A DNA stretch of 64,000 nucleotides from Bilabrum cf. latius (lineage: Eukaryota), in the NCBI GenBank assembly GCA_965178125.1, contig OZ237736.1:310001-374000 (forward strand), read 5' to 3'. Below the pieces are notes generated by a model that was given only the letters and a program-made list of their open reading frames with translations, ran no database searches and was not told the origin of the DNA. Shown here in pieces: positions 1 through 11,991 of this stretch. Numbering within the stretch: the first letter of the stretch is position 1; every line of letters begins with the position of its first letter. Position numbers and translations under genes: made by a program.

Positions 1-172
1 TACCACAGGTCTGCTCCATGCTCAAGCCACACTACCAACCCACACCCCCAATCCAAGATTCTCAACCGCGACCAGTTGCGTCTGCGCGACCTCGCCCTAC
101 TCCGCACCACCACCCGGCGCCATCCGCAACCCTACCCTTCCCTCGCTTCGGGACGGGGTGCGCCCTGCTCCC

Positions 173-211
173 GGCCCCTTCCCCCCAATTTTGCAGACGG
201 GGGAAGGGGCC
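173..211. other. GC-rich hairpin (13-bp stem)
   Basis: GGCCCCTTCCCCC (173-185) pairs with GGGGGAAGGGGCC (199-211). Confidence 0.6.
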
Positions 212-299
212 TAAGGCCATGCTGCGTGTATCCGATCCTTGTGTATCACACTGTATTGAGCGGGGTTTTTGAATCAACGAATAAGTAAGAACGTACTGG

Positions 300-323
300 T
301 GCGATACATTGCAATGTATCGCA
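300..323. promoter_or_regulatory. perfect 24-bp palindrome upstream of the first gene
   Basis: TGCGATACATTGCAATGTATCGCA equals its own reverse complement and lies about 130 bp before ATG 452. The regulatory role is inferred. Confidence 0.35.
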
Positions 324-451
324 TGAATTTGCTATAGACATTGCCCTTTTCTGCACGGATGGAATTGTGGTAAATCGTGTGCACTTTTGTAATCATATTC
401 CATTCCCTCTGCCCCCAGCCCAGCTAAGGGAGAGCCGCAGGCCCCAGCGCC

Positions 452-1318
452 ATGCAACAGTTGGATCTTGTTTCGATAGTCACAATCATTATATTGCAAA
501 TTTGGGCCGGTTAGGGTTACCTCATTCCGTGTGTTCCCGAGGTGAATCTTTCGAGCCTGGTCACGTCTACTGCAACGAATTGCAGCGTCTAGGCGGACGA
601 AGGTTAGTACTCCGATGCAAGCGAGGGCTTTAGCGTCCCAGCGTTACCCAGTACGTTGGACTGGGGCAATCTTTGGGAAGCGTCGGGGCAGCAGCCATTG
701 CTTCGGGTTCGTTTGCGCCACCCCAACAGCGGTCCAAGCTCCGATACTTAGTACAAATTCAAAGACCTGGAGGTGACAGCCGGCGGAGATGGTTTGGTCG
801 TGTACGCCTGTCCCTTTGGTGTCCTGGATCCAGACTCTTGCGATGTGAACCACATCCCCGAGGTTAGAGTTGCTACTTGCCCACTCTGCTTGCTGGACAG
901 GACGAATCTCGGCGCCGTATCCGGTCGCATCACTGCTAGTGCAGGGGACCCCGGTGCAATATACAACTTTAGTACGTCGCTGTTCTGCGCCGATGCTACC
1001 GCGAAGGTGCCGCGAGGCGAGATACCTGCGATCTTGTCTCCGGCTGGACCAGACCTGTGCACCGGCGGAAAAGTGTGGTTCTCGCAGTTCGAAGGCAAGG
1101 CGCCAACATTCACCACAGGAGGGTGCGCCAAGGCCCCTCAGGACTGCTCGCCTTTCACTGCGTGGCCCCCTGCGGTGGACGGGTGCTGCGGGGCCAAGGG
1201 CGAGCGGCCAGGGAGCCTCACGTCCTGCATGCCGTGGGACGACCCGACAGCGGTGGGCAGGTGCTTCGACTGCCACGAGAGTTGCAAGCCTGCGTCGAGC
1301 CCGGCCCCAGGTGTCTAA
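452..1318 (+). CDS. secreted Cys-rich hypothetical protein (4 in-frame TAG read as Gln)
   Basis: ATG452 gives MQQLDLVSIVTIIILQIWAG (signal-like), which reads through TAGs into ORF 773..1318 in the same frame and ends at TAA. Confidence 0.65.
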
Positions 1319-2169
1319 GTGACGAGTGCTCCTCGGCCCCGCAGCCTAGCCCTGGCCGCCACCTTCGGGGCAGTGGTGTCCTTGTCCATGGGCACCCCCC
1401 GTGGAGGGCGTGACGATCAAGGTGAGGAGGGGAGGGTCGCACGGGAAGGAGGCGAGGCCGAGGAAGAGGAAGAGGGTTCAGAGGAGGAGAGCCAGGGGGT
1501 ACCACTGGAGGGTTTGCGTGCAATTTGGCGGTCAACTGGGGAAGACACCCGAGGCACTATTTCGGGCCTTTGAGGCCACTGGGCAGCGTCTGGCGCGAGG
1601 CGCAGTTATCTGCTTGTAGAGTTTGTTCAGCTATCTGGCTGCCATAGTTCCTATGCAGCATCACGAGCACGAAGAAGTCCGATCATCAGAGGCGGCTATT
1701 AACGGCGCTGCGTCCGCATTCGTCGGGAAGAAATAAATCACCTCCCGCCGCTAACCGCGCCTCGCGGCGGCCAACGGCACTCGCCACAGTGGCCCAAAAC
1801 CATGCCCTCGTGGTTCCTTCAGCTGCCTGCCAAACCGCACGCAACCCCATCGGCTCCGTGCAGCTCCACATGCAAGCACAACCCCACCAGTGACGCCCCC
1901 AAACGCCGCCCCACCCGATCCCGGCGCCATTGTCTCCATGTCCAGTGTGACGCGTCCATGACGCGCCGCTGCCGGTCCCCGGGATGCGCGCCCTCGCCGA
2001 GGCCGTCACCGTTCGCGCGTTTCCCGTTGTCGTTCTGCTCCCGCTCTCTGGGACACCTAGTTGCCCTGCCTTGCTTCGAATGCCCTCCCACCGGCGGACT
2101 CGCTGTCCGAGCCATCGCGATCCGCCGAGTCAGCCGTCGTGCCACTTCGACGATGCGCCAATCGACTCG

Positions 2170-2460
2170 GGCTCATGCACTCAATCAGAAAAAAGTCTGT
2201 TCCAGTTGATTTTTGCGTTTTGTACATTTCATGTTCCAATTTCACTGTTCACGCACTGCTCGAATCAGTTAAGGGGCCGTGCATGGATTCTTGTGTGTCA
2301 CGCCCGATCGGGCCCCCCGTGCTGTGCTCACGGAGACGGCAGGAACTGGTTGGTGAACAGCACCGCAGGGTCTACACGAGGCACCTCGCCGTTCCACGGG
2401 CCAGGACCGATCTCCACCTCTGACACACCATCTAGCCCCGCCAGAATCCTGCCCCCCTTC
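2170..2460 (-). pseudogene. inverted, diverged copy of the 3' end and 3'UTR of the NMT1/THI5-like gene
   Basis: The reverse complement matches about 26238-26530 (GGRILAGLDGVSEVEIGPGPWNGEVPRVDPAVLFTNQFLP plus downstream sequence). Confidence 0.85.
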
Positions 2461-2843
2461 ATGCTGTTGGGTACTGGTATTACGGAGACAGAGTCTGATT
2501 CGTTGTTGACGTCAAATGAGATGATAAGCGTCTGTGCGATGAGGGTGGCTCTGCGAAGAAGGAGAACGCCGCAACACCTTGTCCGTAGGTGGGAAGAGGA
2601 ATTGTAGCGTTAGACATCGTAATCTGATTAACGGAAGAGGCAGGCCACGAAGAGTGGAGGTTGGCATTTCTCCTGTAAATCGCCTCCATTCGTTGGTGAG
2701 GCCAATAAGGTCTCTGAGATTGAGGTCGCCCGGTGGGCGCAGGACCCGCTCGAGGTGCAGGAGCAGATGCGACGTAGCGATGCGGAGGAGTGAGAGAGAG
2801 AAATATAGGCTAGGGATGCAGACCAGGAGCGGCGGCGACTCGG

Positions 2844-2961
2844 GGTGGGGGGGACGCGGAGCAGGAGGAGAGGACGAGAGGTGGGGGGGACGCGGAGCAG
2901 GAGGAGAGGACGAGAGGTGGGGGGGACGCGGAGCAGGAGGAGAGGACGAGAGGTGGGGGGG
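2844..2961 (+). repeat. 36-bp minisatellite, 3 full units plus a partial unit, in a G/A-rich tract
   Basis: GGTGGGGGGGACGCGGAGCAGGAGGAGAGGACGAGA repeats with period 36. Confidence 0.9.
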
Positions 2962-3656
2962 GGGTCGGAGTGGGGGCAGAGCAGAGAGAGAGAGGGCGAT
3001 AGATGGGCGGGTGGGGCAAAGCAGGGAGGAGGGGGGGGCGGCGGTTCACCAAGTGGGGAGGAAGTAGTGGAGGAGAAGATGAGTGGTGGGGTCATCGGGT
3101 TGATACGGCGGATAGGAAGGGGGAGGCACAGGCCGGGCAGGTGGGGGTTTGGGCATGTGTGTGACGAGTGACTCGGATCAGGGGAGATCGGATCACCCGA
3201 CCACAGGCGGATGCGGCAGTTGAGAGGTCACAATTAGACTCGAGCGGCGATCAAGCCGCGTGCTATTCGGGCGCTGAGGGGCAGCGCTCGCCAGTTTTCT
3301 TTTTGGTAACTTTGAGGATGGGCTCTCGGAGGAAACTGACTGTCTGCGAGATTAGGGTGCTGTGTACAACGTGTGATCTCAGGGGTGGAAGAGCTCAGGA
3401 CTGACAGATCATCTTGAATTCTTTTCCCACCCGCCCGGGCCCGGAGAATTCGTTGTGTGTCTCCGCTGGTGGACAAATCCATCGGTGGATTCAGGCACAT
3501 GGCGACGGCTCTGTGTTCGATGCCATGTCTGGTTGTAATTGGGTGGTTGAGTCTGTAAAAGAAGCTTTCATGGAAGTCACGATCTCACAAATTTTCAGTG
3601 GCTGCGTACATGCGGCCTCGAACACTCGTCCTGGATCTGCGGCCCCAATCCACAGC

Positions 3657-6600
3657 TCACTCGAGCATCTCGCCCAATGCAGCTAGACCGGAGGGCACAA
3701 ACAGCCCATGCATCCAATCCGAACGACTCCCCTCGCTGCCTCCCTCTTGCTGCTCTTCTTCCACACCACGACTCAGCCAACCAAGCACGCCATGCACACA
3801 GCCGGCCTCCATGCGCATCCCAGGCCTGACAACAGGACCAGAATCCTGCCCGATTGCCTCGTTCGGCACGATCCACGCCCGTCTTCCATCCACTTGCATC
3901 GGGTCGAACGCCCACGTTGACTGGAGTCGCTTTGGTCCAGCTCGCTCAGTGTAGAGCCCGAGGTTGCTGCATAGCTCCGCTTCGGCCATCGGCCCGTGAA
4001 GTCGCAGTAACAGGATAGGCACTAGGTGGCGGAGCACGCGCTGCGAGGCATCTCTTGTCGCGCGGGCACTGCTCACGGACGCAGTATCAATGATGGCGCA
4101 CACCCAGAGCATTCGCAGCGCGTCGATCGCGCTCACCACAGGTCTTGCCCGGGGAGGGTGTGCCAGCTGCTTGCCGACCATCAGCTGCACCTGCTAGCTA
4201 CCCACCACGCCCGCATCTGCTGGACGTGCGAGTGATAGAGGCAGCCGAAATGAATTCGAAGTCAGGTTCCGTTTATTCACTGCCCGCACAGTCCCTCGGG
4301 ATCCCTCGGGCCATGCGGTGAGCACCGTGGTGCAGCCCTCTGTACCGAACATGAGGTCATGCCACGCTTCTGATGCGTACGGCTCAGACTAGCCTGCCAG
4401 CATTGCTGCAGTTGCATGCATCCAACCTTTGGCATCATCAACGTCCTATGATTGTGTGTCAGACACGGTGTGGCCAGACACTCCAACCGCTAACGTTGCT
4501 GCTTTAGCGAGGACGCGTGGGTCAGCTAGCCCAGGTGACGACAAGAGAGACTCCAGCGAAGCTACAGCGCTGCCTCTTTCGTCACCCCAGTCCTACTGTA
4601 GCGTCACTTGTTCCCTGAACTGTAGCTCGGCGCTAGCTGCCATCCCAGAGATTGCACCGGCGTGTGGCTGCAGCAGTATCTGCACGTCTTGCGCTCTTGC
4701 AAGCAACCTTGACTGCAGCAAGGCAAGCTGACTTTCGATGCCCATGACTCTCGCGCACGTTCTTGCCTTCAATTCTTCCGTGGATTCCACGAATGTGTTC
4801 TCATCTACCTCTGCGAGCTCCTCTGCTGATTGCGCGAGTGCATCGAGCTGACAAGCCAGCGACCAGGAAGACGTGCACGCAGCGAGCAGTGCCCGCCTGC
4901 CCTCAGGGCCCGTACCACACCGCATGCTTCCCGCTTTTCTAGCGGCCATCACCTGCGGCTCGATTCTCTCTGCGACAAGCTCGTCGAGCTATTGCATGGT
5001 CTGCGCGGCGCTCATCTGGGGTAGTTGTTCCCGAGCTAGTACGGCCATGGTTGCCGCGGGTAGTCTGGGATCAAGAGCCCCCCAGTGCACTGCATGGTGC
5101 TGCATCTTCGCGCTTGCTTCTCGGACCATGCCGTGCAAGCGGCCTGCGACGTCGTTTGAGCTCTACCCTAAGCTGCTGCTGGCCTGCAGCAGACCGCAGA
5201 CTGATTCCGCTTGCCCAGCTAAGTGGTCCGGCCCCATCGATGATTCCGTTGGGGCGGACAGTGTAGAATCGGCTGAAGCGTGACCCAACCCCAGAATCAG
5301 GCTTCTGCATGCTGCAAGGCCCAGCTGGTAAGAAACAGCAGCCATTTCTTGCGCAGTTTTGAGCTCAGCATTGGCTTCCTGCTCGTTGTACCGGTGAGCT
5401 TCCACCCAATACTCTTCGGAGTGTCTAAAAGCTCGGCCTCTGCGCGCAAGAGCATGACGTGTGAGCTGCCAGTCCTTGCATAGCACTTCCAGGGTCCGAA
5501 CACCGCGGGCGGTCTCCTTGATCCTGGTATCGAGGAACGACTGAACGCTTGGGGACTCGCCCAGATCCGAACTCAGTGCGGCCCGCATGTGCCATACGAC
5601 GTCCGTTGCCCTCTGCGGGTGCACAGCCTCCCTCAGCTTGCCAAAGCCATACGTTGACGTGTCATCGTCGAAGGAACACGAGGCGTAGCCCATACGCTCC
5701 AGGCGACCCATCGCCAAGGCCGCTTCTGCTGCCGCCCCAGCGACCCGGCCACGTAGTGCCTCGTCCGCATTCAACTCATCCAACTTGCTGGCACAGCGCA
5801 CGGCAAGGGCAGCGCATCGCCGCTGGAGCATTTCAACTGCCGGGCACAGCTCCTCCATGACCATGCCATAACCAACGCGCATGTGCCTGTGACCGAGCAC
5901 TTCCTAGACTCGATGCTCGTCGCCATGCACTCCTTGCTTCTTGCCTTTTCGTTTGCGATCTGGACTGCCCGTGTATTTCTGCAGGTAGATGGTATCCAGA
6001 AGCCGTGAATCTGCAGGGTACGGCTGCTCTCCGAACTAGAGAGCATCCTAAACCTCAGCGCGTGCGGTCGCGGCAGTCGAATCAGCCACGGGCGCGGGGG
6101 TGTGCGGCTCGCTGTCATCGCTTGCAATGAGACCATCGCCGACCTCGCCCGTGATTGCGAGCGTCCTAAGCAATTTCATCGCTTCCAACTACTACTCCGT
6201 GTCTCGCATCTCCCGTGCTCGGACTGAAGCGATGCCGACCCCACTGCTAGCCACAGGCGCATTTGGCTCTGCGTTCGCTTCATCCCCTGCCGCAGCATCT
6301 GCGGGCAGCAAATCTTCTTGCTGGTGCCAATCATCGCCCGCCTCACAATCATCCGAATGAGGGTCCCCTCCTTCCAGCACAGCTTCAGAGTCGTCCTCTT
6401 GCACCTAGCCCTAAAGGTAGGCATCCAGGGGTTCGAGGGAAAGCGAGGCTGCAACAAGCAGGCTAGACACAGTTTCAAAGGACCGCACGAGCTCCCCCCT
6501 ATCTAGAGCATCCGCTGCTGCAACCATCATCTGCTGCTGCACGGCTAGTGGCGCTTCCTGGATGGGGCGGGAGTCTTTAGATACCCAGTCGCGAAAGGTC

Positions 6601-7502
6601 TCGTGATGCGGCGCGCTGCCCTCCTTCAGCACATCAGCCAGTCGTACCTGTGAGGTGTCTAATGAGGCCACTTGACCGGCGGCAGCACTGTGCACCAGGT
6701 CCTCTGGCCTCCTGCCGACGGGCGGCTAACTGCCTGCCACCACATGAACCTGGCCAGAGTTATTGCCGGAGCCTGAGCCAGTGCTAGCACCGGTGCTGGT
6801 GCTGTGATCCTGGCTCTGGAGCGACTGTAAGCCTGCGTTGCACCATTGAGCTACCACACTGTAGTCAGATGAGATGAGCTCAGATTCTGCCAAGCGAAGC
6901 AGTTGCACGGTCAAGTGAGAAGGGGCGCAATAGCCTGCCATGCCTGCCGCAAGCAGAGCGCGAGAAACCGTCTACGCTGTGCCAGCCGGTGGGGTCGTTG
7001 GGATCGGATCGAGGTACTTCCGGCTTGCTCCCTGCTCGGTATCGGATCGGCTTGGGCCGGCATTGCGAAGCGGCCTGGCGGCAGCAGCGAGTGCTGCTGC
7101 TACCAACCAGGGTTCGGCGGCGCCAGCCCTGGCATAGGCGAGAGCTAGCTGGACCATCTCAAGGTCGCGAGCATCGTTGCTTGTTCCACTTTTGGGTGTG
7201 TCTTCCAGGCTGGTCAAGTGTACTCGAACTGCTGACAGGTGTCTCGTTGAGGCAATGCCATCCTTCGACATCGCCTGCTTTAATCGATTTAAAACACTGT
7301 CGTTAGCCTTGACGAATTCATCCATACTGGCTGGGTCAAGCGCCTTCTTCTTCTTCTTCTTGACTGCCTTAGATTGGTTGAACGAATGCACTGCCGCCTT
7401 TACTTTGTCTTTCACGGCTATAATTTTCTCCAATGCTACGACCTCGTCGATTTTACTTACACTACCACCACAATCTACGGCGCTCTTCTTGCTGACTCGC
7501 AT
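3657..7502 (-). CDS. large helical hypothetical protein, about 1281 aa (many TAG=Gln)
   Basis: ORFs 6972..7511, 6726..6941, 6411..6695, 6192..6404, 5163..5900, 4593..4952 and 3657..4190 share one frame, are separated only by TAG, and end at TGA 3657. Confidence 0.8.
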
Positions 7503-7758
7503 CAAATCCACGAAAGTACGCCAAGCTTGTCGACGCTATTCGCCCCCACGAACACGCCGGGTAGGCAAACTATTGCAGCATCGTAAAACGCTGCGAACCT
7601 GGACCCTAGCGATCCTCATTTTACTAGTATTATTCCAATTTGGAATTTCAGGCCGTCTATCTGCCCGTGCATGCATTCACATTACTGTTGGCAACCGGAA
7701 TCGTAATAAATTCTGTGCTTTGTGCTCAACACACAAAAGGAGAGAGCATGACATCAAG

Positions 7759-9189
7759 ATGATACGATTTGCCGTAATTGTCTTACTTGCAAGACTGTGC
7801 AGCGCATGTGACAGAAGTCGCAGTGCGGAGGCTCGAATTGCTATAGCGGAAGGCCTACAACCTAGACTAGCTGACATAGGATTTGGGATCAGAAATGACA
7901 CGTCCTGCCCCTTGTCTCTTGCTTCAGACGTATATTACCATTGGGAGACGTCGAAAACTCGAAGTGACTAGGGTTTCTGGCAGTGTGGCTCATGTGGCAA
8001 ACAGTTCAGGACAGAGACGTACTTGGAAGCACATTTCAAAAGAAAGCACCCCGATCTGATTCAAAATTCGTCAGGCATTTGCCTATCAGATGCTTGTCCC
8101 ATAATTGGGTGCTCCAACCACCGTATCATTACGGCTGAGACGGAGCAACAGGGGGTGCTCATGCCAGCGGAGCAACGTCACCTCGAATGCGTGGATATGG
8201 TCAGTCAGTGCGCTACACGCCACACTGCAGATGGCATAGGTCAGCCAGTTGCTGATTCTGTACGGGAAGAACTCAAGACGGGTGAGTCCACTAGCCTACG
8301 CACGTAATTTCAAGCTCCAAACCCTCAGATCTCTTGTCTCTGCTCACCTCGATCTCGTCCGCCCCCCGCAGTTGCCGAGCAATTCTGCTCGGGTGCTTCC
8401 AGACGAGACAAGTTGCTCCCTATCGTGGACGAGACGGGCAGATGGAGGCACCCGAAACGGCGCGGCGCCTCCGCCGATGCCCAGCTCGGCACGGTGCTGA
8501 CCATCGTGGGGTCCGTCTTCGGGATCACGGGGCTGGTTTTCATCCTCTTTGTGTGCGTCGACGGAGGCGCTTGCGTCGCGAAAACCTCGGGATACAGCCG
8601 TCGCACCAACGGTGGTCGCAAGGCGGGCCGCCGCGGGTCGAGGTCGAGGTCAAAAACGGGTAGTGGTGCTTTCAGTGGCACAAGTGGGGGCGGGGGCGAA
8701 GGATGGGACAGCGACGTCGACGGCTGGGAGGGTTTGGACGGTGGCGGGAACAGTTCCGGCTTTGAGGAGGACGCTCGCAGGATGAAGGGTAGGCAAGACA
8801 TGCAGGATCGGAAGGCGCTCGGGGGCAGGGGGCGCCGCGCAGTAGGCCCCGACGGTGGTTCCGCTGCAGGACGGGGCTCCATGGCTGGGTCAGGGGGTGG
8901 CCTGTTTGGGCTAATCGGGGCGACCACGGAAACCGTATCCACCGGTTTCATAGCGGCAAGCCGTGTCGCCATGTATCCAGTGCGTAGCTTGTTCCCTGGA
9001 AACAGAGCCGGGAAAGTGGGAGGTGGTGGACTCCGGCGGCTGGGTGGTACCGCTGCTTCGAGCACAACTCGGACTGGCTCTGGCTCATTTGGCGTAGGCC
9101 TGAACGGGGTAGTTGGGGCGTTTCCAAGCAGAGTCGGGGGTTCTGATGCCGGCCAGACCCTCCGGAACCGGCCGTCGAGGCCAGTTTGA
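7759..9189 (+). CDS. signal-peptide C2H2 zinc-finger membrane protein; exons 7759-8281 and 8372-9189
   Basis: MIRFAVIVLLARLCSAC signal, TAG 7969 read through to WQCGSCGKQFRTETYLEAHFKRKH and ICLSDACPIIGC, TM helix after the intron, TGA end. Resembles the plant secreted-C2H2 family. Confidence 0.8.
8282..8371 (+). other. spliceosomal intron, 90 nt
   Basis: GTGAGT...CCCCGCAG; removal joins the frames of ORFs 8023 and 8413. Confidence 0.8.
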
Positions 9190-9262
9190 CAGAGTCTGTG
9201 TGCACTCGTCACGGGGTAAACTGAACCAAAGAATCATTTGCGCTCCACTAATAGTTCGTAGC

Positions 9263-11107
9263 ATGATTGAGCCTGAGAATCCAATGGAAGAATAGCTCTT
9301 GCAGGCGCTGTCATTTGCGCGGCGGGCAGTGGCCCTTGATTCCGAGGGTGGCAACGGTGCAGAGAGAGCGTACCGCGATGCTATCCACCACCTACGAAAC
9401 GCACAGGCTCAGTGCCATCGCGCTGAGGAGCAGGAGGAGATGACAAGCCTTGCAGACAAGTACTAGCTGAGGATAGACTCAATCGCAGCGCCAAGGAAGG
9501 CAGCGGTGGGTCAAGCTCCTGGACCAGCCGATGCAGCCGGATCCAAAGCGAAGAATCGCGCGTTCAAAGAAGACAAAAAGCTTAGGAGCATTATTGACAC
9601 TATGCAAAACATGTCGGGTGGGGTTGCATGGTCGCCGATGTGGTCGGCACGGATGTCTGCCGCGCGGCCAACATCGGCGATCGATCCGCCGTGCCCTTAG
9701 GAAGCGATGCTGCGGCCGTTCTGGAGGTTGAACCAACTCGCGCGGTCGATCCGATCAGGAACATTCATAACAGCCTCTGTGTACATGCCGCCAGACGCTT
9801 GGACGCAGCCCGGAGGATCAGCGGCGGTGTCCGGCCTGGCAGCCAAGGTCAAGGCGCTCGGAGTGCTCGCCCGCAGCGTCCGTCGACTGGCGCCGGAGGC
9901 CCCTTCCCTGCCCGCTCCCGCCGGTAGCACGGCTTCCTCCACCGACGAACTCTCGGTCTCTCACTCGTCACACGACGCGGGGACACCTTCGACCGGCATC
10001 AGCCCCGGGTTTGATGGGGAGCTTGCGCACGTCCTCAGGGTAGTGCAGGAGTGCTGGGGGGCGATGAGGGCTTGCGACCGGAGGTTGCGACCGTGGGAGC
10101 AAGCCAACGTCCCGCTCGTCAGATTGCGCGGTGCTGCTCCGGGATCGAAATCCGCGACCAAGTCGGCAGAGCAGTTGCCTGCGTTTCAGCAGGTCCCGGC
10201 GGCGACCCCGCTGGCAGAGCAGGTGGTTGGGCAGCCGCCCGCCTCCATGGCACCGCCAGCTGACGCTGTGCTCTCGGCGGCGTGGGGCTGCGGGCTGGCC
10301 ACGAGGGCCGGCGCGTTCAGGGACTCGGTGGTTGCAACCGGTGCGGGTGGGGGCGCCGCGCACGAGTTGCGGAACCGAGCCAGATCGGTGGCAGCGGGCC
10401 GGCCGAGCGCCAGCGGGGCCGTTCCGGTGGAAAACCCCGTGGCAAAGGCGACGGCGGCGCAGTCGAGGCCGCGGCGAGGTTCCGTTCCGGCGCGCGGCGC
10501 CGCGCATATGCCAGTGGCCGCGGGTGTCCCTTCGAGCCTGGGCGCCGCGCCGCCCACCCCTGCGGTCGGAGATGGTGTGACGAGTGGCCCGCGCCGCGTG
10601 TCGGTCGCGCCGCCGGCGGGTGCCGCCAGGACGCAAGGCCTCTCCGTCGCCCCCTCCCTCTCCTTGCTGGGATACGGGGGCAGAGACCCCGGCCCTCATC
10701 CTACGGGGGGTGGCCCTGCGGCGCCCGCCGATGTGCACGTGAGGGAGTACGGTGCACTTTTGATCGAGATCGCGAAGGATTTGGCGGGGGTCGAGGCCAG
10801 CATCCGGGGCGCCCTCAGGGCGTGCTCCTCGCGAGGGGGGGGGTCGAGTTTTGATTCCGGATCGCATGCTTCTGGTGCGTCGGGAGCGACTGGTGCGGAT
10901 GCAGGGCGAGCAGAATCCGATCACCGGAAGTGGTGCAGGCGCTGTGCCCTGGATCTGTCGAAGGGGTGGCGGTGGCAGGGACTGCGCGTGCTGGCCTGCT
11001 TCCTGGGTGACGCGCTTGCTCCGGTCGTGCTGGGCGACGCGAGTGCACTGCTTTCTCTATGGCTGGCAAAGGAGGAGCGAAACCTTCGTAGCCCACTGGT
11101 GCTTTGA
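9263..11107 (+). CDS. MIT-domain-containing protein (3 TAG=Gln)
   Basis: N-terminal LLQALSFARRAVALDSEG..AYRDAIHHL..KY*LRIDSI is MIT-like. PPCP*EAMLRPFWRL resembles the fungal MIT-protein motif. Ends at TGA. Confidence 0.75.
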
Positions 11108-11353
11108 TCAGTCAGACTGTCTATAGCACGCAAGCGAGGCAAACTAGGTGGTGCGATAGGCCCTCCACGCAGGTGATGTACGAGGACCGGCCAAGCCCAA
11201 GGAGCAGGGCCGGCCCTGACGGGAGTGAGCTGCATGCTGCCATTTATCCTATCAAATGAGCCACCCAAGGAGTGTGCTATGACCAAGCCGCACAAGCGCC
11301 TGAGGAGGCTGCGCCAGGCTCTGCATGTGTGCACCTACCTTCTGCGACGTGCC

Positions 11354-11854
11354 TCACTCACTCTCTGCCATCGTTGACATTGGCCTCGGCATATTCGCCC
11401 TGACCTATTCGCCCGTGCACTCTGCTCTGGGTACTGAGCTGGTGCAAGGGTACGAGATCGGGGTGGTTGTATGCAGCGGCAGCGGCGCGGCGATGTGCGG
11501 GCTGTCGCTGTTTCCGCTGGTATGTGTGCGGGCTAGCGAGGCACTTGTGTGGAGAAAACGAGCAAGTATCGGAGACGGAGAAGGTGCTTGCATTTCCACG
11601 TGTGAAACTCCGGGGGACACGATCATAGTGGGCTCAAAGTTCGCGAATCGTGGTAGCGAAGTTGTCACGGACCCGAAGGACGTGCTGGAGATGCCTGCAT
11701 TTGTGCGGGCAGCAGGTGGAAGCCTACGACTCATTGCCATTGGCATAATGCCAGAGGTAGGCCGGCCAGCAGTGCCTGTGGGGGCGATGGAAGGGAAGGA
11801 AGGAGGGCTGGCGTGCTAGAGCACAGCATTGGCTGTGCATCGAATTTTCATCAT
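11354..11854 (-). CDS. possible small Ser/Thr/Pro-rich hypothetical protein
   Basis: 166 codons when two TAGs are read through. The start is 138 bp from the divergent ATG 11992, like other head-to-head pairs here. No recognisable motif, and the + strand ORF 11325 competes. Confidence 0.3.
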
Positions 11855-11991
11855 TGGTGGTTAAAACCCTTGCATCGTCTTTTTTGGGTCTGTCTGCGCA
11901 TGAGCTCCTGCAGGCGCAACTGCAGTGCACTGCTAGTGGCAGTTGATCCGATCCTACCCAGTAGTTCCATTCTAACGGACCTCAGCTCAAC

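Noticed and set aside
1620-2160. Short ORFs in 1620-2160
   Set aside because: No motifs or consistent frame even with TAG read-through; left unannotated.
11325-11864. + strand ORF MCAPTFCDVP...
   Set aside because: No recognisable motif, and it competes with the - strand frame 11354-11854. This cannot be resolved without transcripts.
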